Shown here piece by piece: positions 42,558 to 53,317 of a stretch of DNA of 64,000 nt. Position 1 is the stretch's first letter. Each line of letters opens with the position of its first letter. The position numbers and the translations under genes are program-made. The notes beneath the pieces were generated by a model. That model was not told the origin of the DNA and ran no database searches. It saw only the letters and a program-made list of their open reading frames with translations. Where the stretch lies: contig DBGDEA010000037.1 of NCBI GenBank assembly GCA_048342875.1, positions 2,513-66,512 of the forward strand, given 5' to 3'. This DNA comes from Collinsella sp. (GTDB taxonomy: Bacteria; Actinomycetota; Coriobacteriia; Coriobacteriales; Coriobacteriaceae).

Positions 42558-42711
42558 CAAAACTATGCCGGTTTACGGGGCCAGACTCAGGACCCCCATC
42601 CATACCCGCGTTTTCTGCAAAATGACGGCTCGTCTACCTGCGGTTTTATTTTCACGAATATCGGCATGGTTGGGGACTCGTAACTCAGCCCCGTAAACCG
42701 GCATAGTTTTG
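42558..42711. repeat. Hairpin element A (copy 1), 24-bp perfect terminal IR
   Basis: CAAAACTATGCCGGTTTACGGGGC...GCCCCGTAAACCGGCATAGTTTTG; centre TCTACCTGCGGTTTT. Confidence 0.85.
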
Positions 42712-42802
42712 TTCGGGCGGCCCTGCACGAGTGTCTCCGCCAGCCTCGCGGGACCAAAATGAGCCGTTTTCCTCCGTCCCCAAGGGATCAGCCGAAACCG
42801 CC

Positions 42803-42964
42803 CGCCACGAAATCGGCCCATCTACTACGTTTGACTCAATACCCCTGACCATACCTTCGTTTTGAACAAAACCGCAGGCGTTCTACCTGCGGTTTTGTTT
42901 TTGCGCTTTTCGGCATGGTTGGGGGTAAGGGGCTAAACGTAGTAGATGGGCCGGTTTCGTGGCG
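42803..42964. repeat. Hairpin element B (copy 1), ~30-bp terminal IR
   Basis: CGCCACGAAATCGGCCCATCTACTACGTTT...AAACGTAGTAGATGGGCCGGTTTCGTGGCG; centre AAAACCGCAGG...CCTGCGGTTTT. Confidence 0.85.
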
Positions 42965-43100
42965 CGCCCTCCTCCCCAACGCACAAAAGCGCCACCACGG
43001 AGGAGGGAGATGCCTCCGTGGCGGCTGGGGATAGGAGTAGGTCGGGATTTAGCCCTGCCGGCCGCCCGGGGCCTTTTGGCCCCGGGCGCTGTCGACGTGC

Positions 43101-46100
43101 CTAGCGCTTACGGATACCCCAGACCAGGGCTCCGACGCCGGCCATGGCGATGACAAATGTCATAAGCAGAGCGGCGGCCTGCTGGTCACCCGTGGTGGGC
43201 AGGAAACCCTTGACCGTCTTGACGATATTCGTCACGGTCTTGGGCGTGCCGGGATCGGGCGTCGGCACGGGCGTCTCGGGCTTCTTGTACGTGTTGTTGA
43301 ACACGATACCCTCGACGCTCTTGTCGCCCTTGGTAAAGGCGACGTTCGCCTTGAGGTTGCCCTCGCCGTCATCGACCACGTTGACGGTCACGGTAAAGAC
43401 GGACTTGTCGTAGGTCATACCGACCTCGTCGCCCTTGACCTCGCTGATGGTGTAGACGTGCGTACCGGGCTCGTCGTACTCGAACTTGTCGAAGCCGATC
43501 TTGCCGTCGGCATCGTTGGCAACCGTAGACTCGATGTCCTCGCCAACGAGCTTAAAGCTAAACTCGTCCTTCTTGAGCTCGCGTCCCTCGAGCACCTTGA
43601 TGGCGCCGATGGAGACCTGCGTGGGCATGGCGTGATACTTGTTGGTAAAGCCAGCCGACTCGGTAGCTCCCTCGAGCTTGTGCGCCGCGGTCAGCGTGCC
43701 ATCACCATTGTCGGAGACGGTGGTCACGACGGTGTAGGTCGTGCCGTCATAGGTGACGCCCTTGTACAGGCCGAGCGCGTTGGGGCAAGCCTCGCGCAGC
43801 GTGTACGTGTGCGTGCCGGGCGCCTCGTAGCGAATCGGGCTCAGTGTCACAGTGCCGTTGGCGTCGTTGGTGCCGCTTGCGACAACCACGTCGTCCTCGA
43901 GCAGATCAAACGTGAACTCGCCAGCTGCAAGGTCGCGTCCGGTCAGACGCTTGACCGTCTTGACCTGATCGGTCACGGAAGAATCGGTAGGCGCCACGCT
44001 GTAGGTGTTGGTGAACGTGAAGGCAGCACCGTCGTCGCCTTCGCGCTTGACGCTCAGATGTCCGGTGCCGTCGTCAGTCACGGTATAGGAAACCTTGCGC
44101 GTAGCGTTGGCATCGTTGGTCACGCCAGGGGCGCTGCCGGTCTCGGTCACCGTATAGGCAAAGGTGTGCGAGCGCGGAGCGGTGGGGGCCGCAGGCTCGG
44201 ACTCGTCGCCGGGCTCGTCAGCGTTGGCATCAGCGTCGGCGCCGGCCTCTGCCTCGTCAGCGTCGACGTCGTCAGCTTCGTCTGCCTCGGCCTTATCGGT
44301 CGCATCGTCCGTCACGCCCAGAGCGCGGTTGAGGTCCTCGAGCGTAAAGTGGATCTTGCCAAAGTCCACGTTACCGGCTGCGTCGTTGGTTACGGTCGTG
44401 CGTTCGGGCATCGGGGCACCTGCCTCGTCGGCGGTCACGGTAAAGGTGAACTTACCCGTGATGTCGGCTGGGGTCAGGCCCTCGGCAGCCTGGAGCTTCT
44501 TGGTGCCGGCGAGCGCAGCGTCAACGGCATCGGCGCCGTAGACGTTCTCGAACAAGGGCTCGACGCCACCGTAGTCGACCGTTGCCGTCAGGGTGCCGTC
44601 GCCGTTGTCGACGACGATGACCTTAAAGCCAAAGTACCACGTTGTAGCGGAAACGCCATTCGGCAGCCCGAATAAATCTTCGTAGGCCGTGTAGTTAATG
44701 GTCCAGGCAAGCTTGCCGTCCTTATCGGTACGATAAGCAAGCCCAGCAGCCTCAAGATTAGCAAGCATCTTGGTGTCGTAGTGCAGCGTATCAAAGCTCA
44801 CGTGCCCGCCGATATTGGGCTTGAGGTTTTCGTATGCCACAAGCTCACCCTGATAGGCGATGCCGAACCAGAACTCGCCGTCGGCCATCGGGCGACCGGT
44901 CAGAGTCTTGGTGGCAACGACCTGAGCAGCGGTACCACCAGGCGTGTTGGTCATAGCGCTGTAACTGTTGTGGAACGGCACCAGGGCCTTCTCGACCTTG
45001 TTCTCGCCACTCTTGTGGACCGTCTCATGCGTGCCCTCGGGACCACCGGAAACGGTCGTCGTAGCAGTGAGCGTACCGGCGGTGTCGTCGGCGATGGCGA
45101 TCGTCACCGTGCGTACGGCGTCATCGTAGGTGTAACCGGGCTGGCCGTCGTTCTTTTCGGCCACGGTGTACTTGAAGGTCTTGCCGGCGTCAGCCTGCGT
45201 AAATTTAACCTCATGACCAGACAGAATGTCGATCAGTCCGACCGTTGCCTCTGCCGCTGCGGGGGACTTGAAGCTATTAGCCCCGGGCAGCAGACCGAGC
45301 GCGCGAGCCGAAGCGTCGTCAGCGGGTGTCACGGTAAAGGTGAACTGACCCTCGGTCATGGGGCGGCCGTCCAGATACTTGCTGAGCCACAGACCGCCGG
45401 CCGCGGTGTAGTTAAGCTCAGTGCGGTACGTGTTGGTAAAGCGTCCGTTTTCCTTCTTGGTGACGTTGGCGGTCAGGTTGCCATCGCCGTCCTCGGTCAC
45501 GGTTACTTCGGCGGTCGCGACGTGGGAGTCATACGTCATGCCGACCGTATTGCCCGCGTTCTCGCGGATCTCGTACTTGTAGGTTCCGGCAGCCGTGTAG
45601 CGAATCTTGCCGAACTTGATGGCGGCAATGTCGTCCTTCGCATCGTGCTTGCTCACGGTTACGGTTGCAGGATCGGGCAGTGGGGCGTCTTCGGGGGCGG
45701 TGATGGTAAAGCTGAACTCGTCCCCATCCGTCCAGTCGCGGCCGCTGATGACCTTGCTCAGGTCAAAGTCGAGGTCTGCATCGGTCGGGGTCACGCTGTA
45801 AGTGTTCTCGAAGGTCGCAGGCGTGGCGCTCTTCAGCTCGTGCGTAGCGCTGAGGGTACCGTCACCGTTGTCGGTAATGGTGGTCTCGATGGTGTACTTG
45901 GCGTCGCTGTACGTGATGCCCTTGCTGGTGGTTCCGCCGTTGACCTCGCGCAGCGTGTAGGGGTACTTGCCGGGCTTGGCGTACTTCACGGCGCCCATCG
46001 TGATGTTGCCACTGGCGTCGTTGGTGCCGGTGGCGACGACCTTGTCGCCCTCGACGAGCTCGAAGGAGAACTCGCCGGCAGCAAGCTCGCGTCCGGTCAG

Positions 46101-49100
46101 GACCTTATTCGCGGTGATCTGGTCGGTGACGCTGAACTCGTCAGGATTCGGCTTGTAGCTGTTGTTGAACTTCGCCTCGTCGGCTCCATTCAGGACATGC
46201 TTCGCCTCGAGCGTGCCGTCGCCCTTGTCGGTGATGGTCGTCTCAATGGTGTAGGTCTTGCCGTCGTAGGTGATGCCGTTGTTGGCGTCGCCCGGGACCT
46301 CGCACAGCGTGTAGGTATGCTTGCCGGCAGCGGTGTACTCGATGGGGCTCATCTTGATCTTGCCGCGGTCGTCATTCTTGCCGGTGGCGACAACATCGTT
46401 GCCCTCGACGAGCTCGAAGGAGAACTCGCCTTCCTTGAGATCGCGCCCGGTCAGGACCTTGGTCGCCGTGATCTGATCAGTAACACTGAAGCTCTTGGGG
46501 GTTACGGTGTAGGCGTTCTCGAAGGTCGCCTTGTCAACATTCTGCAGCTTGTGCTCCACGCTGAGGGTGCCATCGTTGTTATCCTTGACGGTGGTCACAA
46601 TAGTGTACTCAGCGGTGCTGTAAGTAATGCCGTTTTCGGTGGTGCCGGCCTTGGTCTCGCGCAGTATGTAGGTGTGCTCGCCAGCCGCAGTGTAGGTGAC
46701 GGGATCCATTACGATCTTGCCGTCGGCATTGTTGGTACCGGTGGCGACCACGTTATTGCCCTCGACGAGCTCGAAACGGAAATCGCCAGCCTTGAGGTCG
46801 CGCCCGTCCAGGACCTTGTCCGCGGTGATCAGGTCGGTGACGCTGGAGCTCTTGGGGGTCACGTTGTAGGAGTTCTTGAACTCGGCAACCTTGACGTCCT
46901 TCAGAACATGCGTGGCGCTGAGCGTACCGTCGCCGTTGTCCGTGATGGTGGTCTCGATGGTGTACTTGGCGTCACTGTAGGTGATGCCCTTGCTGGTGGT
47001 TCCGCCCTTGACCTCGCGCAGCGTATAGGCGTGCGTTCCGGCCTTGGTGTACTCGATGGGGCTCATCGTGATCTTGCCATCGGCGGCGTTCTTGCCGGTG
47101 GCAACGACCTTGACGTCCTTGCCCTCGCCCTCGACGAGCTCGAAGGAGAACTCGCCCTCAGCCATGTCGCGGCCGGTCAGGACCTTGGTCGCGGTAATCC
47201 GATCCTCGACAGGCTTCACGTTATAGGCATTGGTGAACGTAAATGCCACATCGCCGTCTGGCTTGTGGGATACGCTCAAATTACCCTTGCCGTCATCGGT
47301 CACGGTGTAGGAAACCTTGCGCGTGGCGTTGGCGTCGTTGGTCACGCCAGCGACCTCGCCGGACTCAGTCACGGTGTAGGTAAAGGTGTGCTCGCGCTTC
47401 TCGGGCTTCTCGCCCAGAGCCTTGTTAAGGTCGTCGAGCGTAAAGGTAATCTTGCCAAAGTCGACCTTGCCCTTGGCATCATTGGTCGCGCTCGCGTTCG
47501 TGGGCATGGGTGCGCCCTCTTCACCGGTCACGGTAAAGGTGAACTTGCCGGCAATGTCAGCCGGGGTCAGGCCATCAGGAACCTGCAGATTCTTCTTGCC
47601 CACAAGCGATACCTCGACAGGCGCGGCAGTGTAGGCGTTCACAAACTCGTTGCCGGCATCGCCGTAGACAGCCGTCGCCGTCAGGGTACCATCGCCGTTG
47701 TCGACAACGGTCACATATGCGTCAATTGCCGCCGTGGTAGTGCTCACGCCCGCAGGCAGCTCGCCGGTCTGCTCGGCAGCAATGTAGCGAATGGTCCACG
47801 TGGGCTTGTCTGAGCTAGCGTCAAACGACGCCTTGTCTTCCTCGACCAGCTTGGCAAGCGACTCGGTCGTGTACGTCAGCGGACCGAACTCAACCTTGCC
47901 ACCCTTGTTGGTTGCATCCAGCAGAACCTCGTCGTGCCCCGCATAGCTCAGCGCAAACTTAAATTCGTCATCGGCCATCAGGCGCCCCGTGAGCGTCTTG
48001 GTAGCCTCAAGAGTCAGCGGGGTTTCCGTCTTGGCGCTATAGATGTTCGTGAACTTAGTCTCACCCGAGGTCTTTTCAACGTCGGCCTTAAGCTCACCCT
48101 TGGCGTTAACCGTCACAGCCACCTTGAACGTGGCAACGTTCTTGCTGTAGGTAATGCCACCGGCGTCGCCCTTGACCTCGCGGACCTCATAGGTGTACTC
48201 GCCCGGCTCGGCATAAGTAATCTTGCCAAAGTTAATGGCTGCCTTGCCCTTGTCGAGATCGGCATTGGTCACAGTTACGGTCGCGGGGTCGGGCATCGGG
48301 GCATTGTTGTCGGACGTCGCGGAGAGCTCAAACTCAAACGCATCCGTATCCGCCCACTTGCGGCCCTCGAGCACCTTGGTCAGACCAAAGTCAGTCTTGG
48401 TATCCACCGTTGTCGGCTTGGTTGCAAGGCTAAAGATAATCTTGCCGTTGTTGCCCAGGTGCGAATGCACGTGCGTGGAAGTCGCAACGGAGGAAAGGTC
48501 ATTCCACCTGGGGTTAAGCACGTCGCGCGCGGTCTCGGTCTTGTTACCATTCACCCCCACATCGTCCTTGGTGGTATGCAGCTGGTCGATATAGGCCAAG
48601 CGCGCGGTTCCCTTATTAAAGGACCAATAGCCGTCATCTTTGACCAGAGCGCCGTCGTAGCTGGCGATCTCGTGCCCCTCAAACTCCACAACGGCATAGT
48701 CGTCCTTCGGCTTGCCGTTTGCGCCCATCGCCACAAACTCGTCCTTGTAGTAATAGACGTCGTTGCCCTGCGGCTTTACCGTCGCGCGCTGGGTGCATTC
48801 CTTGTCCGTGTAGATAGGCGTGATTTTTTGGAAGTAATAGTAGCTGTTGGTATCGGCGGGCTCAAACTCGGCGACAACATCGCCCAGCTCGCCGCCCGAC
48901 CACTTGTTGGCCAGGAAGTAGACCGTCTGGTTGTCGGCGTCCTTGTGGTCATCGATATACTTCTTGAGCACCTTATCGGGCGTAAACAGGTTGTTGCGTG
49001 CTTCGTCCTTGACGCTCGAGGTGTATTTAATCTGAATAGGCTTGATGTCATTGAGCGACGTGCGCTCAAAGATCCCGTTTTCCATGTCCACGTGATAGCG

Positions 49101-50471
49101 GATCAGCGGAATCAGCGATGCGGGGATCTTAACCGTCACGATATCGCCCTGCTGCGCATTGGCAGAGCGCTCGACGGTGATGACCAGGTCCTTGGCCACG
49201 CCCGAAAACTCGTACGTGTCCGTATTGCCCTTGGTTGTCTTGGTCACTTCATCAAAGGGGACGCCATTAATCTGAGCGCTGACAAACGTATCGACCTGCA
49301 TAAAGTCGCCCAGCTCATCACTGAAGGTGATGTAGCCGGACTTGCTCTCGTCGTAACCATCCTCGATCTGAGTGGGAGAGCCCTTGCCCGAGGTGATAGA
49401 GCTCGAGATATCATCAAACACCTTCTTGAGCTCATCGGCATTCGACGCAGCCTTGTAGAAATCGGAATTCTCGGTGCGCTTACCAAGCTCATTGGTTGTG
49501 TAGGACGTGGCGTTTGGATAGTTGCTCGACACGGCGTGCATGAACTTGTTTTCGTCGCTCGTCCAGTAGTTCGTAGGCTCGTCAGCGGGATTCGCATCAT
49601 CAAAGATGCCGATGGTGTAGACCGTAGCGCCTTTCCCCTTCATTTTCTTGGCGGCGACTATGGCATTATTGGCAACCGTAGGGTTAAAGTTCCTGACGTC
49701 TGTGGGCGTGCCGTCCGTAAAGAACACAACTACCTTCTGGGCATCCTCGCGGCCCGACATGTCGCGAGCAAGTTCAAGGCCGTAATCAGCCCGCGTGGCA
49801 CCGGCAGGTTCGATGTAGCCGACCGTATTCTTAAGTTCCGTCGCAGCGCTATCAACACACGGCGTCAGGCTCTTCATGGTCTGCGAGTAGTTGTGCGTGT
49901 ATCCCTGACGATCGCGATACGTATCGTTGCCGATCTCGTTTTTCTTTGCACCCGAAAACTTAACGATGGCAACCTGATGCCGCTTATTCGTATCTTTAAT
50001 GCTCTTGTTTTGCTCGGCGATGGTGTCGATAAAGGAACTGGCAGCTGCCTTGAGTGCGTCGATGCGTTTGGTCGAATCGCTGTCACCCATGTCATTATCC
50101 ATCGACCCGGAGGCATCAAGCACCATCACGATATCGAGCGGTTTAGTGACCAGCGACGTTGTGTCAGAAGTCGAAGACATCGTGGAGAGCGTCGTCACAA
50201 AGTCGGACTTTTCGTCCTGCGCTGGCTCGACCGTCTTGTCCGTCCAGATTCGGCCTACATAACGTGTCGTCAGGTCCTGCTCGCCGCCCGACGCCCAGTA
50301 CTGCCAGCGGCCGGTGGTGTCAGGGTCGACTATCTTTCCGCTCACCGTCGGTCCGTCCATTCCGGTGCTGGACCTGGCGTTGGCCTCGGGCAGCATGGCA
50401 AATGCTGCAGCCGGCAACACCAGCACCACGGCCAGTATCACCGCCAAGAGACCCCTCGTGTACTTACTCAT
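43101..50471 (-). CDS. Sortase-anchored adhesin: VWA tip plus many Spy0128/FctA-type pilin repeats
   Basis: Signal peptide; DIVMVLDASGSM (MIDAS), FFTDG, YTIG; repeated ATKVLTGR...F.N.Y units; LPTTG, TM and RKR tail. Confidence 0.92.
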   Translation of the reverse strand: MSKYTRGLLAVILAVVLVLPAAAFAMLPEANARSSTGMDGPTVSGKIVDPDTTGRWQYWASGGEQDLTTRYVGRIWTDKTVEPAQDEKSDFVTTLSTMSSTSDTTSLVTKPLDIVMVLDASGSMDNDMGDSDSTKRIDALKAAASSFIDTIAEQNKSIKDTNKRHQVAIVKFSGAKKNEIGNDTYRDRQGYTHNYSQTMKSLTPCVDSAATELKNTVGYIEPAGATRADYGLELARDMSGREDAQKVVVFFTDGTPTDVRNFNPTVANNAIVAAKKMKGKGATVYTIGIFDDANPADEPTNYWTSDENKFMHAVSSNYPNATSYTTNELGKRTENSDFYKAASNADELKKVFDDISSSITSGKGSPTQIEDGYDESKSGYITFSDELGDFMQVDTFVSAQINGVPFDEVTKTTKGNTDTYEFSGVAKDLVITVERSANAQQGDIVTVKIPASLIPLIRYHVDMENGIFERTSLNDIKPIQIKYTSSVKDEARNNLFTPDKVLKKYIDDHKDADNQTVYFLANKWSGGELGDVVAEFEPADTNSYYYFQKITPIYTDKECTQRATVKPQGNDVYYYKDEFVAMGANGKPKDDYAVVEFEGHEIASYDGALVKDDGYWSFNKGTARLAYIDQLHTTKDDVGVNGNKTETARDVLNPRWNDLSSVATSTHVHSHLGNNGKIIFSLATKPTTVDTKTDFGLTKVLEGRKWADTDAFEFELSATSDNNAPMPDPATVTVTNADLDKGKAAINFGKITYAEPGEYTYEVREVKGDAGGITYSKNVATFKVAVTVNAKGELKADVEKTSGETKFTNIYSAKTETPLTLEATKTLTGRLMADDEFKFALSYAGHDEVLLDATNKGGKVEFGPLTYTTESLAKLVEEDKASFDASSDKPTWTIRYIAAEQTGELPAGVSTTTAAIDAYVTVVDNGDGTLTATAVYGDAGNEFVNAYTAAPVEVSLVGKKNLQVPDGLTPADIAGKFTFTVTGEEGAPMPTNASATNDAKGKVDFGKITFTLDDLNKALGEKPEKREHTFTYTVTESGEVAGVTNDANATRKVSYTVTDDGKGNLSVSHKPDGDVAFTFTNAYNVKPVEDRITATKVLTGRDMAEGEFSFELVEGEGKDVKVVATGKNAADGKITMSPIEYTKAGTHAYTLREVKGGTTSKGITYSDAKYTIETTITDNGDGTLSATHVLKDVKVAEFKNSYNVTPKSSSVTDLITADKVLDGRDLKAGDFRFELVEGNNVVATGTNNADGKIVMDPVTYTAAGEHTYILRETKAGTTENGITYSTAEYTIVTTVKDNNDGTLSVEHKLQNVDKATFENAYTVTPKSFSVTDQITATKVLTGRDLKEGEFSFELVEGNDVVATGKNDDRGKIKMSPIEYTAAGKHTYTLCEVPGDANNGITYDGKTYTIETTITDKGDGTLEAKHVLNGADEAKFNNSYKPNPDEFSVTDQITANKVLTGRELAAGEFSFELVEGDKVVATGTNDASGNITMGAVKYAKPGKYPYTLREVNGGTTSKGITYSDAKYTIETTITDNGDGTLSATHELKSATPATFENTYSVTPTDADLDFDLSKVISGRDWTDGDEFSFTITAPEDAPLPDPATVTVSKHDAKDDIAAIKFGKIRYTAAGTYKYEIRENAGNTVGMTYDSHVATAEVTVTEDGDGNLTANVTKKENGRFTNTYRTELNYTAAGGLWLSKYLDGRPMTEGQFTFTVTPADDASARALGLLPGANSFKSPAAAEATVGLIDILSGHEVKFTQADAGKTFKYTVAEKNDGQPGYTYDDAVRTVTIAIADDTAGTLTATTTVSGGPEGTHETVHKSGENKVEKALVPFHNSYSAMTNTPGGTAAQVVATKTLTGRPMADGEFWFGIAYQGELVAYENLKPNIGGHVSFDTLHYDTKMLANLEAAGLAYRTDKDGKLAWTINYTAYEDLFGLPNGVSATTWYFGFKVIVVDNGDGTLTATVDYGGVEPLFENVYGADAVDAALAGTKKLQAAEGLTPADITGKFTFTVTADEAGAPMPERTTVTNDAAGNVDFGKIHFTLEDLNRALGVTDDATDKAEADEADDVDADEAEAGADADANADEPGDESEPAAPTAPRSHTFAYTVTETGSAPGVTNDANATRKVSYTVTDDGTGHLSVKREGDDGAAFTFTNTYSVAPTDSSVTDQVKTVKRLTGRDLAAGEFTFDLLEDDVVVASGTNDANGTVTLSPIRYEAPGTHTYTLREACPNALGLYKGVTYDGTTYTVVTTVSDNGDGTLTAAHKLEGATESAGFTNKYHAMPTQVSIGAIKVLEGRELKKDEFSFKLVGEDIESTVANDADGKIGFDKFEYDEPGTHVYTISEVKGDEVGMTYDKSVFTVTVNVVDDGEGNLKANVAFTKGDKSVEGIVFNNTYKKPETPVPTPDPGTPKTVTNIVKTVKGFLPTTGDQQAAALLMTFVIAMAGVGALVWGIRKR

Positions 50472-50696
50472 CGCGTCTCCCTTCTCGCGGTCTCAGACCT
50501 TGCAACAGCCTAAAGTTACGAAATGAGACACAATTTGGGCAGGTGACACATGTTCCAGATTCGGTTTTTGGCGTGAGACAAATGTCTCACCAAAGTTGAG
50601 ACACGGCGTTTTCGCAGGAAAACGGGTGCGACTCAAGATGGACGGGGCAAAAGGGCCCGTTTTCCTCCATCCCCGAGGGAGCAGTCGACGGCGCTC

Positions 50697-50856
50697 GCCA
50701 CGAAATGAGCCTATCTACTACGTTTAGTCCGGTACCCCCGACCACAATCGCGTTTCATGCAAAATCGCAGGCGTTCTACCTGCGGTTTTCTTTTCGCGTT
50801 TTTCGCCGTGGTTGAGGGTAGCCACCCAAACGTAGTAGATGGGCCTATTTCGTGGC
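50697..50856. repeat. Hairpin element B (copy 2)
   Basis: GCCACGAAATGAGCCTATCTACTACGTTT...AAACGTAGTAGATGGGCCTATTTCGTGGC. Confidence 0.85.
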
Positions 50857-50949
50857 AGACGGGTCACGCGGCAGCCCTCACAAGGCAAAAATGATCCGTT
50901 TCCCTCTGTCCACGGGAGATCAAGGGCTGCTACGGATATGGTGCTATTT

Positions 50950-51102
50950 CAAAACTATGCCGGATTACGGGGCTAAAGTCGGAGTCCTCATCCATACAGC
51001 CTTTTTTGAAAAACGGCAAGCAGTCTACCTGCGGTTTTGTTTTTGCGATTTTCTGTATGGTCGGAGATTCGCTATCCAGCCCCGTAATCCGGCATAGTTT
51101 TG
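50950..51102. repeat. Hairpin element A (copy 2)
   Basis: CAAAACTATGCCGGATTACGGGGCT...AGCCCCGTAATCCGGCATAGTTTTG. Confidence 0.85.
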
Positions 51103-51176
51103 TTCGCGACGGCACAACCGCGCGTTTAAGCGCGGGGCAGGTGGGGCATTTTTGCCCCACCGGCCCCGTCTTCGCG

Positions 51177-51518
51177 CTACTCCGGCTTGGTTTCTACCGT
51201 GGGAGTCTTGTCCGCCGCGACTGGGGTGCGGGCGGTGTCCATAGTCAGGCAGTGTTTGGGGCAGCTCTCGATGCACTCGCCGCACACCACGCAAGCGTAC
51301 GGATCGATCGACCAGGTACCGCCCTTGCGATCGACCGAGAGTGCGCCCGCCGGGCAACGGCGCGCGCACATGCCGCAGCAGATGCACACGTCCATGTCGT
51401 TGACGATATGTCCGCGCAGACGCTCGGGTGCCGCGAGCTTCTCCTGCGGATAGCACACCGTTACCGGCTGCTTGACCATAGAACCCAAGGCCGTCTTGGC
51501 AAATGTCAGTAAACTCAT
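51177..51518 (-). CDS. echF: Ech hydrogenase 2x[4Fe-4S] subunit
   Basis: CICCGMCARRCP, CVVCGECIESCP. Confidence 0.85.
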   Translation of the reverse strand: MSLLTFAKTALGSMVKQPVTVCYPQEKLAAPERLRGHIVNDMDVCICCGMCARRCPAGALSVDRKGGTWSIDPYACVVCGECIESCPKHCLTMDTARTPVAADKTPTVETKPE

Positions 51519-51525
51519 GCCGCGC

Positions 51526-52613
51526 CTACCTTTCCGTGCAGCTAATGCAGGGGTCAATGGTCAGGATAATCATGGGCACGTTGGCAAGGAGCACACCCTG
51601 CAGCGCATGTGTCAGACCCGCCAGGTTCTGCGACGTCGGCGTGCGCACGCGAAAACGGTCCAGATTCTTGGTGCCGTTGCCGCGCACATAGTAGTACGCC
51701 TCGCCGCGCGGCTGCTCAATCACAACCTCGCCGCGCGCGCCGTCGGCCGGCGTGAGCTTGGTACGCCCGCCGATACCGTCGTGCGGAATCTTGCCGATAA
51801 GCTCCTTGATAATGTCCATGGCCTGCGTAACCTCGGCACAACGCACCTGGCAGCGGGCATAACAGTCGCCATCGGTGGCAACAATCGGCTCAAACGCAAC
51901 CAAGTCCGCATAGGCACCGTCACCGAACATGCGCACGTCATAATCCACGCCCGAGGCGCGACCGAACGGGCCGACCATCGACAGATCCAGCGCGTCCTTC
52001 TTGCTGATCACGCCCACGCCATGCAGGCGCTCGCCGCAGCTATTGTCGTCCAAAAATGTATGCACCACGGCCTCGTAGTCAGGGCGCATAGCGTCGAGCG
52101 TCTGGACAATACCCGCCAGCTCGGAATCCTCAATGTCGTGCTTAAGGCCGCCGATCTCGTTAATCGAAAGGATCACGCGTCCGCCGCAAGTGCTCTCGAA
52201 AATCTTGAGAATCTGCTCGCGCAGGGTCCATGACCGATAGAACAGCGCCTCGAAGCCAAAGGCGTCGGCAAGCAGGCCCAGCCACAGCAGATGCGAGTGG
52301 ATGCGCGAAAGCTCGTGCAAAATGGTGCGGATATACTGCACGCGGCCGGGCACCTCGATGCCGAGCATGCGCTCGCAGGCGCTGGCATAGCCGTAGCTGT
52401 GGCCCACGGCGCAGATGCCGCAGATGCGCTCGGCGATGTAGCCAAACTGGTGCATGTCGCGCTTTTCGGTGAGCTTCTCGAGTCCGCGGTGCACAAAACC
52501 GATCTGCGGAATTGCCCGATGACGCGGTCGTCCTCGATCACCAGGTCCAGATGAAGCGGCTCGGGCAGCACCGGGTGCTGCGGACCAAACGGAATGACGG
52601 AGCGATGTGCCAT
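51526..52613 (-). pseudogene. echE: Group 4 [NiFe]-hydrogenase large subunit, apparent 1-bp deletion at ~52515-52517
   Basis: PFGPQHPVLPEP in one frame; GFVHRGLEK, ERICGIC and DPCISCTER in another. Confidence 0.85.
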
Positions 52614-52618
52614 GGGCC

Positions 52619-53317
52619 TTACGCCTCCTTTTTCTGCTTGTCGCGGGCGGCCTTGGCGGCAAGCGCCGCGCGGACCTTGGCCGCTTTCTCGGGATCCATG
52701 GCAGCGAGCTTTGCCTCCATCTCGGCAGCCTTGAGCGCGGCCTTGGCAGCGGCATCGTCATGCTGGGCATCGGAGCCGGCAGCCGCAGCGGGCTGAGCGA
52801 CGGCAGCGCCCGCAGTGCCCTCCTCTGCAGCAGCCGCAGCGGCGGCCTTTTCGGCCGCGGCCTTGCGCGCCTTGGCCTCGGCAGCGGCACGGACCTTCAT
52901 GGCTTTCTCGCGCGCGGCCTTCACCTCGGGCGTGATGACGCTCATGGGCTCGGCAGTCGAAACCTGGTAGAAAAAGCCCTTAAAGTCGATCTGCATGTCG
53001 GTGATGGCAAGGCCAAACAGGTCGTGGGCCTCATTTTCAAACGGGAACACCGCGGGGTAATACGAGCTGATGGACGGAATCTCCTGGTACTGGTCGATGC
53101 CCTCAACCACCAGGTCCTCAATCGCATAGCTGCTGTCCTGCGCAATATGCTCCTGAGCAGCACGAACGTTGATAAACGTATAGACCAAGCGATACGAGCC
53201 GTCGTCGACGTTGCGTTCAGCGTGCATTTGCACAAAGCGCGCGCCGACGCCCTTAAGCGCCTGGACATGCGACAGAAGCTCTTCGATCCCGACGGTGGTA
53301 TAGATAGCCTTTTGCAT
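52619..53317 (-). CDS. echD: Ech subunit D (NuoC-like) with Ala-rich tail
   Basis: IPSISSYYP..FENEAHDLFG. Confidence 0.8.
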   Translation of the reverse strand: MQKAIYTTVGIEELLSHVQALKGVGARFVQMHAERNVDDGSYRLVYTFINVRAAQEHIAQDSSYAIEDLVVEGIDQYQEIPSISSYYPAVFPFENEAHDLFGLAITDMQIDFKGFFYQVSTAEPMSVITPEVKAAREKAMKVRAAAEAKARKAAAEKAAAAAAAEEGTAGAAVAQPAAAAGSDAQHDDAAAKAALKAAEMEAKLAAMDPEKAAKVRAALAAKAARDKQKKEA

